This document shows, piece after piece, positions 49,419-58,817 of a stretch of 64,000 bases of DNA. The position numbers and the translations under genes are program-made. Under the pieces are notes generated by a model. That model was not told where the DNA came from, searched no databases, and saw only the letters and a list, made by a program, of their open reading frames with translations. The DNA lies in the NCBI GenBank assembly GCA_036338755.1, contig JAYZBN010000007.1, positions 3,702 to 67,701 on the forward strand, in the 5' to 3' direction. The stretch comes from Actinomycetota bacterium (GTDB taxonomy: Bacteria; Actinomycetota; Actinomycetes; Mycobacteriales; Mycobacteriaceae). The number at the start of each line of letters is the position of its first letter. Within the stretch, counting starts at the first letter, position 1.

Positions 49419-49636
49419 GGCGGGCCCTTTCCTGCCGGTCTATCAATCGCGGCAGACCAACCCAATATCTCATATGTCTCGGCGGATGACGTCGAGAAGA
49501 AACTGGTTCAACGACTTTGGACCCTGCGGGTGAGGACGTTCGGCCGATGTCGCTTCAATAGCGTTGCGGCCGTGGCCCATTGCGGGACGGGTCGATTCCC
49601 CGCAGGGGCAGGTCCGATGACCGCTTAGGCCTGCGA

Positions 49637-50611
49637 TCAATCGGCCCACTCGACGAAGTCGCGGAGGTCACGTCGCGGGGTCGCCGGCAACGGGTCGGCG
49701 TTGATCGGCGCCCAACCCACCCGAAGCAGCATCTGCGCGTAGTTGCTGTCGCCGAAGATGCCGGAGCGGACCGCTGCGCGGGTCTCGGCCGTCTCCAGTG
49801 GTTCAGTGACCGGGCAACTGGCCAGTCCCGTCGACGTCGCGGTGAGCAGCACGACGCTGGTGGCCTCACCGGCGCGGAGCTGCGCCAGCCGGTCGTCGTG
49901 GCGGGTGCCCAACGCGAGAACCACGGCGTTGTCGTCGGCCGCGGACGAATCCGGCGCCATCGGCAGTGTGGCACCGGCGAATAGCCGACTCGGTATCTTG
50001 GCGTCCGGATCCGATATCGGCGTATTTCGGGCGGGAACGCCCGCAACCGAGAAGTAGCGCCCACTCCACGTCGTGAGCTCGGCGAGATAGTCGTTGGTCA
50101 GGTGATCGCGGACGGATTCGGCGACGATGTCGTGCAGCCTGTCGATGTCTTCCACTTGGCACAGCGTGACACCGGTGCGGGCGGCCCGCGCGGCCATGAG
50201 CGCGATATCGCCCATCGGCACCGCCCAGGAGCTGTAGTGGCGTCGATCGGTTCGCCGCCGGGGGATGGCCGCGGCGAGCGCGATGTCGACGAAATCGGCC
50301 GACTGAGGCCAAAGCTCGATGGTGGCAAGGTGATCGGGGTCGTCGGCGTTCGGCAGCCGACTCACCCGGGAGCGCCATCCCACCGCCGCGAACGCCGCAA
50401 CGCAGTGATGCAGCGCCGTCCCGCAACTCAGGATCAGGTCGCGGCCATCGGGATCGGTGTTGGGGAGTCGACGGTCGGGGTCGGCGTACAGCTGCAGGCT
50501 TGCCGCCTCGACGCGCCAGCGCCATGGCTGGGTGTTGTGCACCGACGGGGCGCGCGATGCCAAAGTCAGGGCCGTCCGGATCGTGCCGGCGTCCGGAAAG
50601 CGGATGCTCAT
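49637..50611 (-). CDS. Acg-family FMN-binding nitroreductase-like protein (Rv2032/Rv3131/Rv3127 family)
   Basis: LTLASRAPSVHNTQPWRW signature. 324 aa. Confidence 0.85.
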   Translation of the reverse strand: MSIRFPDAGTIRTALTLASRAPSVHNTQPWRWRVEAASLQLYADPDRRLPNTDPDGRDLILSCGTALHHCVAAFAAVGWRSRVSRLPNADDPDHLATIELWPQSADFVDIALAAAIPRRRTDRRHYSSWAVPMGDIALMAARAARTGVTLCQVEDIDRLHDIVAESVRDHLTNDYLAELTTWSGRYFSVAGVPARNTPISDPDAKIPSRLFAGATLPMAPDSSAADDNAVVLALGTRHDDRLAQLRAGEATSVVLLTATSTGLASCPVTEPLETAETRAAVRSGIFGDSNYAQMLLRVGWAPINADPLPATPRRDLRDFVEWAD

Positions 50612-50698
50612 CCTCGCTCTGCCTCTCTCCTAGCGCCTGTTCGTATCACCGTCACGCATCAACGGCGACGCCACGAGGGCACGACGGCTCTAAATCAA

Positions 50699-50712
50699 AG
50701 GACTTTCGGCCA
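50699..50712. promoter_or_regulatory. Weak DosR-box candidate AGGACTTTCGGCCA
   Basis: 10 of 14 matches to the GGGACTWWAGTCCC core, 88-101 nt upstream of the Acg-family gene start. Confidence 0.25.
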
Positions 50713-50750
50713 ATCTTCGTGGCCGGTCCACCGCGGCGCCGTCCGCCCTT

Positions 50751-51911
50751 ATGCTGGCCACGATGGCGAATCACGGCCCCGATCCCACCACGCCGCTGTG
50801 GCGCGCGGCGCAGGTGTTCCGGTTGCTGAGCTGCGTCTATGCCACCGGATTTCAGATCGCGGTCAACCCGGATCTGATTCGGCCCGCGCTGGGTTGGGTG
50901 CTGTTCGCGGCCCTGATCGGTTGGAGCGCGGCGTGCGCGTTCGCCTACCTGCGGGGGTTCGGCCGCAAACCGGCGTGGGTGCTCGCCGAGCTCGTGGTCG
51001 TCGTCTTGCTGATGTGGTCGAACACCTTCGTTGCGAGCCCGCACTGGGCGGCCGAGAACCAAACCTGGCCGACGACGCTATGGGCGAGCAATCCCACGAT
51101 CTCGGCCGCCATCCAGTTCGGCCCCGCGGGCGGAATGCTGACGGGATTGGCGGTGATGGCCACCAACTTCGCCGTCAAGAACTACCTCGCGCTCAACCTC
51201 GGGCACAACGCCACGATCATCATCGAGCTGGCGATCGGCATGGCGATCGGGATGGCCGCGCAAACCGCGCGCCGCGCCCACGCCGAGCTACAACGAGCGG
51301 CCGAGTTGACGGCTGCGGTGCAGGAACGCGACCGGCTGTCGCGGCAGGTACACGACGGAGCCATCCAGGTGCTGGCGCTGGTCGCCAAGAAAGGGCATGA
51401 GATCGGCGGCGCCACAGCAGAACTCGCCGACCTGGCGAGCGAGCAAGAACGCGCGCTGCGGCGCTGGCTGGCGTGCACGGACATCGGCCAGGAAACAGAC
51501 GGCGCCACCGTCGACCTGCGCACGCTGCTCCAATGCCGGGAATCCGATCGGGTGTCGTTCAGCCTGCCCGGCACCCCGGTGCCGTTAGCACGTTGGGCGG
51601 CAACCGAACTCGACGCAGCGGTGGGCAATGCGCTGGACAACGTGGTCACCCACGCCGGTCCGGATGCGCACGCGTTCGTACTCGTGGAGGACCTCGGCGA
51701 TTCCGTTCTGGTCAGTGTCCGCGACGATGGAGTGGGAATCACCCCGGGCCGGCTCGAGGAAGCGAAGCGCCAGGGACGGCTCGGCATCTCCCAATCGATC
51801 GTGGGACGGTTGACGTCGTTGGGCGGCAGCGCCGAATTGCGCAGCGAGCCCGGAGAAGGCGCCGAGTGGGAGTTGTGCGTGCCGCGCGGGGAGGGACGCC
51901 ATGGCGGATGA
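50751..51911 (+). CDS. Membrane sensor histidine kinase (HisKA_3 type, polytopic N-terminal domain)
   Basis: About 5 TM helices, then DRLSRQVHDGAIQVLA (H-box) and a HATPase domain (NALDNVVTHAG...DDGVGI). The start could be the ATG at 50763. Confidence 0.8.
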   Translation: MLATMANHGPDPTTPLWRAAQVFRLLSCVYATGFQIAVNPDLIRPALGWVLFAALIGWSAACAFAYLRGFGRKPAWVLAELVVVVLLMWSNTFVASPHWAAENQTWPTTLWASNPTISAAIQFGPAGGMLTGLAVMATNFAVKNYLALNLGHNATIIIELAIGMAIGMAAQTARRAHAELQRAAELTAAVQERDRLSRQVHDGAIQVLALVAKKGHEIGGATAELADLASEQERALRRWLACTDIGQETDGATVDLRTLLQCRESDRVSFSLPGTPVPLARWAATELDAAVGNALDNVVTHAGPDAHAFVLVEDLGDSVLVSVRDDGVGITPGRLEEAKRQGRLGISQSIVGRLTSLGGSAELRSEPGEGAEWELCVPRGEGRHGG

Positions 51912-52566
51912 CGGGACGCCGACGACGGTGATGGTGGTCGACGACCATCCGATCTGGCGTGAGGCGGTCGCTCGTGACCTGGCCGAGCACGGCTTCACCG
52001 TGGTCGCCACCGCCGACGGGGTGGCGGCCGCACAGCGGCGGGCGGCCGCGGTCCAGCCCGACGTGGTGGTGATGGACATGCAGTTGACCGACGGCGACGG
52101 CGCGCAGGCGACCGCCGCGGTGCTCGCGGTCTCGACCTCATCGCGGGTGCTGGTGTTGTCGGCCTCCGACGAACGCGAGGACGTGCTGGAGGCGGTCAAG
52201 GCCGGCGCGACGGGATACCTGGTCAAGAGTGCCTCGAAAGCCGAACTGGCGCAGGCGGTCACGGCCACGGCGGCGGGGCGGGCCGTGTTCACCCCGAGCC
52301 TGGCCGGGCTGGTGCTCGGCGAATATCGGCGCATCGCGCAGAGCAAGGACGACGGCCCCGCGCGCCCCAGCCTCACCGACCGTGAGACCGAGGTGTTGCG
52401 TTATGTCGCAAAAGGGCTGTCCGCCAAGCAGATCGCCAACAAGCTTTCGCTGAGCCATCGCACGGTGGAGAACCATGTGCAGGCGACATTCCGCAAGCTT
52501 CAGGTCGCCAATCGCGTGGAGCTGGCTCGCTACGCTATCGAGCACGGCCTGGACGAAGAGCCGTGA
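51901..52566 (+). CDS. NarL/LuxR-family response regulator
   Basis: Receiver domain (VMVVDDHP...VVVMDMQL) plus the LuxR HTH LTDRETEVLRYVAKGLSAKQIANKLSLSHRTVENH. Overlaps the kinase gene by 11 nt. Confidence 0.9.
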   Translation: MADDGTPTTVMVVDDHPIWREAVARDLAEHGFTVVATADGVAAAQRRAAAVQPDVVVMDMQLTDGDGAQATAAVLAVSTSSRVLVLSASDEREDVLEAVKAGATGYLVKSASKAELAQAVTATAAGRAVFTPSLAGLVLGEYRRIAQSKDDGPARPSLTDRETEVLRYVAKGLSAKQIANKLSLSHRTVENHVQATFRKLQVANRVELARYAIEHGLDEEP

Positions 52567-53846
52567 CCCGCCACGATCCGGGCGGTCACCAGCGCGGTCA
52601 CCACCACGGCCATGCACACCAGCCCGTCGTCCTTGAGTCCCCACCTGATCGCGGCGAGCAAGGCCACGCCGGCCACGCATAGCAGGGCACCGATGGCGCG
52701 ACCCTGCCCACGTGACGTCACCGCGGGTGCGCCGTCCCAACCGGACAGCGGGTTGTTCTCCAGCGGCCGCAGCGCGACGAACAGCACCGCCACCGCGACG
52801 ACGACGATGAGCACTTGCGCGAGGCTGACGGCGAGGAAGTCCTGCTCGCCCGGAAAGCGCGGGCAGCCAAGGTAATCGAAGGCCAGGTGCACGCCCAGCA
52901 GCACCGGCATGTGCCACAGGTACAGGGTCATCGCGCCGGAGTTACCGATGGCGGTCCACCACCACACCCGCGGACGCTGCGCCCAGCGCGCGATCGCCGG
53001 TGCGGCCGCGATTGCCAACGCGCTCAGGATGATTGCATGCCCCGCCAGCAGCAGCGACGGCGGGCTGGTGTTGGACAGCTGGTGGTCACCGGTGCCCACC
53101 ATGCTGATCTGATACGGCCCCCAGTGCACCAGGGCGACGTCCACGGCGAAGAAGGCGGCGGCGACGGCCAGCGCGGCGCGGCCACCGAGTAGCCCGCGGC
53201 GGTAGGCCACGCCGAACATGGCGGGAATGAGCCAGACGGCCAGGTTGAGGTACCCCAGCAGCATCATCGCCGGCCAGTGCAGCCGGATCGTGTCGATCAG
53301 CGCGATCGCGCCATAGGCCGCCGCCACACCGGCGACCAGGCGCCCGGCCGTGGTGATGCGGTACAGCACGGGCATGGCCGCCAGCACCAGGACGTAGGCT
53401 CCCAGGAACCAGAGCAGCTGCGTGCTGACGCCGGCGATCGGCTCGTAGATGTGTTGCGGCAGTGCCCGATACAGCACCGTCAGCGCGACGGCCCAGAACG
53501 CAAGATAGTAGAGCACCGGACGGAACAGCCTGGTGCAGCGTTTCATCAGCCAGCCGCCCCAGTTGGTGCCGGGAGCCCAGGTAGACACGCAGGCCGCCGC
53601 TCCGGCGAAGAAGAACAGCGGCATGATCTGCAGCAACCACGTCATCGCCTGGAACAGCACCGAGCTGGTGAGCAGGTTGTCCCAGATCAATACGTGGTTT
53701 TCAATGATGCTGGCCGCCATCACGGTATGGCCGAGCACCACGCCGACCAGCGATGTGATGCGGATGACGTCGAGGACGCGATCGCGATCGGCCGGCGTGC
53801 TCGCGGCCACCTCGGCGACGCCGGGAAACTTCACAAGAGTTGTCAT
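52530..53846 (-). CDS. Acyltransferase-3 family membrane protein (no SGNH domain)
   Basis: RDRVLDVIRITSLVGVVLGH plus about 10 TM helices. Its 3' end overlaps the response-regulator 3' end by 37 nt. Confidence 0.75.
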   Translation of the reverse strand: MTTLVKFPGVAEVAASTPADRDRVLDVIRITSLVGVVLGHTVMAASIIENHVLIWDNLLTSSVLFQAMTWLLQIMPLFFFAGAAACVSTWAPGTNWGGWLMKRCTRLFRPVLYYLAFWAVALTVLYRALPQHIYEPIAGVSTQLLWFLGAYVLVLAAMPVLYRITTAGRLVAGVAAAYGAIALIDTIRLHWPAMMLLGYLNLAVWLIPAMFGVAYRRGLLGGRAALAVAAAFFAVDVALVHWGPYQISMVGTGDHQLSNTSPPSLLLAGHAIILSALAIAAAPAIARWAQRPRVWWWTAIGNSGAMTLYLWHMPVLLGVHLAFDYLGCPRFPGEQDFLAVSLAQVLIVVVAVAVLFVALRPLENNPLSGWDGAPAVTSRGQGRAIGALLCVAGVALLAAIRWGLKDDGLVCMAVVVTALVTARIVAGHGSSSRPCSIA

Positions 53847-53949
53847 GGGAGCGGATCTGCCCTTCTGCGGATGCGTTGTGGTGGAAAAGCGATGAGAGAA
53901 GCCTCGCCGAGGATGCGCGCGCGAGCCTGCGCACTTCTACGCGTCGAGG

Positions 53950-53967
53950 CTGAGTAGTACTACTCAG
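53950..53967. terminator. Perfect 18-bp palindrome CTGAGTAGTACTACTCAG at the yiaAB-like gene end
   Basis: Read directly. Includes the stop codon at 53964-66. Could fold as a 7-bp stem with a GUAC loop, or be a protein-binding dyad upstream of the acyltransferase gene. Confidence 0.35.
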
Positions 53968-54254
53968 TTCGCGGCGTTGAGCGGGTCGTAGTCGGCGAGC
54001 AGCTTTTCGATGCGGGCCTCGTCGAGGCGTACCCGCACGGTCGCGGCCTCCTGCTGGTCGCGGATGACCTTGGCCAGGGTGAACGCGCTGGACACCAGGA
54101 ATAGGAAGGTGATGCCGAGAAACAATCGTGGCCAAGGATCAAGCGGAAGGAAGTAGATTCCGCCGAGCGCGGCCACGAAGCTGATCGCGAACGCGACAGC
54201 GGCCTGAACGAAGAAGGCGGCGGTGGTTTTCGACATGCTGCTGGGAACGGTCAT
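53964..54254 (-). CDS. YiaA/YiaB-type two-helix membrane protein
   Basis: 96 aa: AFFVQAAVAFAISFVAALGGIYFL...LFLGITFLFLVSSAFTLAKVIRD. Confidence 0.7.
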   Translation of the reverse strand: MTVPSSMSKTTAAFFVQAAVAFAISFVAALGGIYFLPLDPWPRLFLGITFLFLVSSAFTLAKVIRDQQEAATVRVRLDEARIEKLLADYDPLNAAN

Positions 54255-54299
54255 GCCAATGACTCTGCGGCAGTGGACCGTTCGCGGGCATCCGTAAGA

Positions 54300-55583
54300 C
54301 TACTCAGATTTCAACGGTGTATCGCGGCGCCACGGCAGTACCGCCGCCGCAGCGGCCGCGGCGCCCACGCCGATCGCGGCGGCGACCACCGTCGCCACCC
54401 GGACGCCGGCGAACTCGGAATCCACGATCGGCTTGACCACCGCCACCACGGCAAGCGCCGGCATCACCAGCCGCACCCACCAGGCCACCACGCTGTCGCC
54501 GGGGATCCGCGAATTAGCCTCTGTGACAAACACATACAGCACCATCAGCAGCAGGGGCACCGCGCCGAAGATGGCCGGCCCGATCCAGCCAGCGCGTTGC
54601 GCCGAGACCACGACGGCAACCACCGCGACGAGCCCCACCACCGAAAGTCGCAGACCGGCGTTCGGTGACGCCCCGCGCATCACCGCCAGACCCGAGGCGG
54701 CGCGCACCGCGGCCCAGCCGGACACCAGCGCGGCGGCCACAGCCAACGCGGTGCCGGCCACCGCCATCCACCACCGGCCGTCGTCGGCGTAGAACTCGGG
54801 CACGGCCTCGGCCAGCATCTTGGCGCTCCATCGCCACGGCCCCGCCACGCCACGGTGATCACCCACCCACAACACCACCGCGGCCGCGACCACCAGCGCG
54901 ACGGCCAGCGACATGGATCGCCCCGGCCTGGCGACGCGCGTGATGCGGAGGGTGAGCAGTTCGACGCCCACCATGCCCAAGCCGAAGCCGACGAGCTGGC
55001 CGGACAGCGGGCGCGGTGATGCGGCCGTCCCGATGACGACGGGGTCGGTGCTCAGCGCGACGAGGGCGATCACCGCCGCCGCGAGGCAGACGTAGAGGAG
55101 CAGGCCCGCGACCACGAGCGGCATCGCCAGCGACGCCACGACACGAGTCGATGTCCAACAGGCCGCGGCCCCGATGACGAGAGCCGCAGCCGCGGCGGCG
55201 ACCGGGAGCCACGACACGATCGCGGCGGGATCGTCACCGGGCGAAAGCACCTGCAGCGCTTGCAATCCGAGCGTCGCAGCGAACTTCCCTGCCAGCACCA
55301 GGTAGGCGAGCAGCTGAACGATGCCCGCGGCCGCCCCCGCTCGCGGCCCCAGCGTGGCGCCGATCAACTCGGCGGTGCTGCGCGCTTCCGGAGCATGGCC
55401 ACGCAACCGCGCCAGAGCGTAGATCACCGGAATCGCCACCGCCGCCCCGAGCAGCGCGCCCAGCCCGTACCAGGCCGCGGGCGCGATCACCGCCATGCTC
55501 AGCGCGGCGGCCCGCCACGTCCCTACCGTCGGGTCCCCCAAGCCGGTTTCCGGCTGCAGCGACAGGAGCGATTTCTTCGGCAT
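54300..55583 (-). CDS. Polytopic membrane protein (APC-transporter-like)
   Basis: 427 aa with about 12 hydrophobic segments. No specific motif recognised. Confidence 0.6.
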   Translation of the reverse strand: MPKKSLLSLQPETGLGDPTVGTWRAAALSMAVIAPAAWYGLGALLGAAVAIPVIYALARLRGHAPEARSTAELIGATLGPRAGAAAGIVQLLAYLVLAGKFAATLGLQALQVLSPGDDPAAIVSWLPVAAAAAALVIGAAACWTSTRVVASLAMPLVVAGLLLYVCLAAAVIALVALSTDPVVIGTAASPRPLSGQLVGFGLGMVGVELLTLRITRVARPGRSMSLAVALVVAAAVVLWVGDHRGVAGPWRWSAKMLAEAVPEFYADDGRWWMAVAGTALAVAAALVSGWAAVRAASGLAVMRGASPNAGLRLSVVGLVAVVAVVVSAQRAGWIGPAIFGAVPLLLMVLYVFVTEANSRIPGDSVVAWWVRLVMPALAVVAVVKPIVDSEFAGVRVATVVAAAIGVGAAAAAAAVLPWRRDTPLKSE

Positions 55584-55677
55584 TGCCTAAGCATGACCCA
55601 ACGGAGCACTTAATGGTTCCCGCAATGCGGCGCGGTTTCGATAGTTTTGTAGGCCCAGCGGCAGTGAGGACTTGACG

Positions 55678-56733
55678 ATGTCAGACACGGTGAAGGTGTC
55701 CGTCGACCGCGGCTCGGTCGCCATGGGCGACGATGTTGACTCGCACCGCGAGTTCTGGGTTTTCCCCGCCTCGGCCACGGTCGATGACTTGTTGGTCGAA
55801 ATCTCTTCGCACTTCTTACCGGGAATTGCCGGACCGGCCGGGTGGCGCGTGTATCTCGGGACTCGCGGCGACGAACAACAGCAAGTCGGCCTCATCTACA
55901 CCCGCGATGACCTCAACCAGCAGGATCAGATCTGCAGGTTATACCCCGGCGAGAGAACGCTGGGCGAGCTGGCCCGTTGGACGGGATTGCCGGAGTTGGA
56001 GGTATACGTGGCGTACCTGACCCATGACCAGGCCCGGCCAATGGCACTGGACGAGCTGACGGGCGGCCCCACGTGCACAGGCAGCCGACCGGTCAAGCTG
56101 GAATCCGAAGCGGCTGCCAATGCCAAGCGTGACTGGGTGATGATGCGCGAACTGGACCGACGCGCCTCGGGGGTCGCCGATGCGCGGCGCCAGTGGGTTC
56201 GGGCCAATCTGCTAGCGGCGCCGCCGCCGTGGATCGACGTCTTCATCGCCCGCAATTTCCACTACCTGACCGAGCTGCACTGTCCCGCCAGCATGACGCT
56301 GGCGGCAGAAATGCTGGGGATCAACGAATCCAGTGGAGAGCAGTTGGCGGCGCGGGCCAACGTCGACGTGCGCTCCGATGTCGTGATCCTGGCGATGGTG
56401 CTGGCCGCTTTCGAGTGGGGAGCCCAACGCGACACGTGGCGCGTCGGCGAAAGACCGTATTACAAGGCCTATCTGGAGATGCTGGCTCATTGCGGCTATC
56501 GGCTCTCTCCGATAGAACACGTTATGGCCGGCCACATCAGCATCGAGGAACTCAAACTTTCGGCGACCGACACCGCCCGACTCGACCGCATTCGGCAACT
56601 CCGAGACCAGCAATACCAGCTCCGGATGAACCGGTACTACACAAAAACGCTCAGCGAGGAGCAATACCGCGCCGCCATCGAATCCGTCCACGCCGAGCTG
56701 TCTGATCTGGGGGAGCTTCCCGGACCGATGTAG
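55678..56733 (+). CDS. Hypothetical protein, no recognisable domain
   Basis: ATG at 55678 lies 8 nt after GAGGA. 351 aa, cytoplasmic-looking. Codon third positions look less GC-biased than in neighbouring genes. Confidence 0.6.
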   Translation: MSDTVKVSVDRGSVAMGDDVDSHREFWVFPASATVDDLLVEISSHFLPGIAGPAGWRVYLGTRGDEQQQVGLIYTRDDLNQQDQICRLYPGERTLGELARWTGLPELEVYVAYLTHDQARPMALDELTGGPTCTGSRPVKLESEAAANAKRDWVMMRELDRRASGVADARRQWVRANLLAAPPPWIDVFIARNFHYLTELHCPASMTLAAEMLGINESSGEQLAARANVDVRSDVVILAMVLAAFEWGAQRDTWRVGERPYYKAYLEMLAHCGYRLSPIEHVMAGHISIEELKLSATDTARLDRIRQLRDQQYQLRMNRYYTKTLSEEQYRAAIESVHAELSDLGELPGPM

Positions 56734-56803
56734 GTCCTCGAAACCTACTGTATTCGAAGAGAATTGCCCTGCGCTACCGCCCGTTAGCTGGCGCATCGAG
56801 CGC

Positions 56804-57886
56804 TCAGGCGTCGATCACCACGCGCCCGGATTTCGCGCGGGAAACGCACACCAGCATCTCGTCATCACCCTCGACGGTGCGCCCGCGGCAATCGACCTGT
56901 CCCCCAAGCACTTTGACCTTGCAAGTTCCGCAGAACCCCTGCTGGCAGGAGTATGCGGTGGTCGAATCGCGGTCGAGCATGACGTCCAGCGCCGACCGGT
57001 TCGCCGGCACGCTGAGCACTCGCCGCGAGCGGGCCAGTTCCAACTCGAAGGGAACACCATCGACCACCGGCGGCGGGCCGAAACGTTCGTAGTGCAGCGG
57101 CGCGTCCGCGTGGTCGTTGCGCGCGATGCGCACCGATTCCAGCATAGGGGTGGGGCCACACACGTACACCGCCGTCCCCGGCCCCGCGTCGGCAAGCAAG
57201 TCGGACGCGGTGGGCAATCGGCCGCGCTCGTCATCGGCCCACACGGTGACCCGGTCCGGGGCCACCGACACCACCTCGTTCAGCAGCGGCATGTGATCTC
57301 GGCTGCGACCGGCATAGACGGCGCGCCAATCGATTCCGCGCTGCTGGGCGGTGCGGATCATCGGCAGAATCGGTGTCACCCCGATGCCGCCGATCACGAA
57401 CAACACCTCACGCTCGTCGGTGACGAGATAGAACGCGTTGCGGGGCCCTTCGAACTCGAGTTTGTCGCCGGCCTTGAACGCATCGTGCATTTCGATCGAA
57501 CCACCGCCACCCTCGGCGATGCGGCGCACCGCGATGCGATAGTCGGTGCGCCGGCCGGGCGAACCGCACAGCGAGTACTGTCGGCGCCGGCCCGATGGCA
57601 GCCGAACGTCGATGTGGGCGCCGGGTGTCCAGGACGGCAACAACCCACCGTCGGGGTCGACCAGCGTCAGCGCGACCACGTCGGGCGTCACTAGTTCGCG
57701 CTTGGCGACCACCGCGGTGGTGGTGCGCCGCACGGACTGAACCCGCGCGGATGTCCACCGCGACGCCGACGCTAGGCCACCGAACAGCGAACCGACGCCG
57801 TACAACGCGGTGTACATGCGGTCACGCTTGCGACGGCCGTACAGGTCGGCCGGGATGCTGTCCCAAATAGTCTGCGCCACAATCAT
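56804..57886 (-). CDS. FNR-like flavin reductase fused to a plant-type 2Fe-2S ferredoxin (PDR/VanB-type oxidoreductase)
   Basis: RQYSL FMN/FAD motif, GGIGVTP NAD motif, and a C-terminal CQQGFCGTCKV...C cluster. ATG at 57886 lies 8 nt after the upstream stop codon. Confidence 0.85.
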   Translation of the reverse strand: MIVAQTIWDSIPADLYGRRKRDRMYTALYGVGSLFGGLASASRWTSARVQSVRRTTTAVVAKRELVTPDVVALTLVDPDGGLLPSWTPGAHIDVRLPSGRRRQYSLCGSPGRRTDYRIAVRRIAEGGGGSIEMHDAFKAGDKLEFEGPRNAFYLVTDEREVLFVIGGIGVTPILPMIRTAQQRGIDWRAVYAGRSRDHMPLLNEVVSVAPDRVTVWADDERGRLPTASDLLADAGPGTAVYVCGPTPMLESVRIARNDHADAPLHYERFGPPPVVDGVPFELELARSRRVLSVPANRSALDVMLDRDSTTAYSCQQGFCGTCKVKVLGGQVDCRGRTVEGDDEMLVCVSRAKSGRVVIDA

Positions 57887-57894
57887 CCTCACAT

Positions 57895-58815
57895 CTAGCC
57901 GATGCCGCGACGGTCGCCGGAGGAGGCGATCAGGTCGACCCACTCACCGGTCAGCCGGGCGATGACGTCGGGGTAGGCGGTGACCACCCAATGCCCGCCC
58001 TCTATCGGCACGACCCTGCCGCCCTCCGGGATGGAGCCGGTAAACCGTTGCAGGGCGGGCGACACGAAATAATCCTGGCGCGCGACCAGCACCTGCACCG
58101 GAACGGTGGTCCGCGGCAACTGCGCCGGGGGCGCCAGCATCGGTGCGGGCATGTTCGCGCGATACAGGTTGAGCCCGTTCAGGTAGTCATCGACCGAGCG
58201 GTACTGACCGCCGCGGCTACGAGCGCCCGATCCGCCGATACGCTCAACGGCCTCAAAGACTTTCACCGTCGCCCGGGACCGGATCGCCAGCTCCGGCACG
58301 CCCGGGCACAGGAAAAACCAGATGTAGGACGAGGCCAGGACCTGTTTGACCACGTCGAGAAGCGCGCGCGGCGTGCGGGCCGACCGCAAAAATTTGCCCG
58401 CGTAGTTCAGGTGCGGGCCGGAGACGGAGGTGAACGAGGCGATCTTGCCCATCACGGCGTCGTCGGTGACCGCCGCCCAGGCCTGGATCGATCCCCAGTC
58501 GTGGGCCAGCAGGTGCACCTCGTCCACGCCGAGGCGCTCGATCACCGCGCCGACGTCGGCGACCAGCTGTGGCAGCCGGTATCCCGAACGGCCTGGCGGC
58601 GTTGAGGATTGGCCGGCACCGCGGACGTCGTACGCCACGACGTTGAATCGGCGACCCAATGTCGTCGCCACGCCGTCCCATACGTGGTGGTTGTCCGGAT
58701 AGCCGTGGATGGCCAGGATCGTCGGGCGCCCCGGGTCGATGTCGGTGTAGGCATGCACCGCCAGTCGCACGCCGTCGGAGGCGGTGACGGTAGTTGACAC
58801 CAATTCGTTCGTCAT
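57895..58815 (-). CDS. Alpha/beta hydrolase of the epoxide-hydrolase/dehalogenase class
   Basis: HGYP oxyanion motif and an Asp nucleophile elbow (LLAHDWGS). Start at MTNELVST (ATG at 58815), 2 nt after the upstream stop codon. The longer 490-aa ORF is rejected. Confidence 0.85.
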   Translation of the reverse strand: MTNELVSTTVTASDGVRLAVHAYTDIDPGRPTILAIHGYPDNHHVWDGVATTLGRRFNVVAYDVRGAGQSSTPPGRSGYRLPQLVADVGAVIERLGVDEVHLLAHDWGSIQAWAAVTDDAVMGKIASFTSVSGPHLNYAGKFLRSARTPRALLDVVKQVLASSYIWFFLCPGVPELAIRSRATVKVFEAVERIGGSGARSRGGQYRSVDDYLNGLNLYRANMPAPMLAPPAQLPRTTVPVQVLVARQDYFVSPALQRFTGSIPEGGRVVPIEGGHWVVTAYPDVIARLTGEWVDLIASSGDRRGIG

Positions 58816-58817
58816 CG

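Noticed and set aside
49513-49524. DosR box in the devR upstream gap (GACTTTGGACCC)
   Set aside because: Only about 10 of 14 positions match the core, and the left GGG half is missing. This is indistinguishable from chance by eye, so it is left for a PWM scan.
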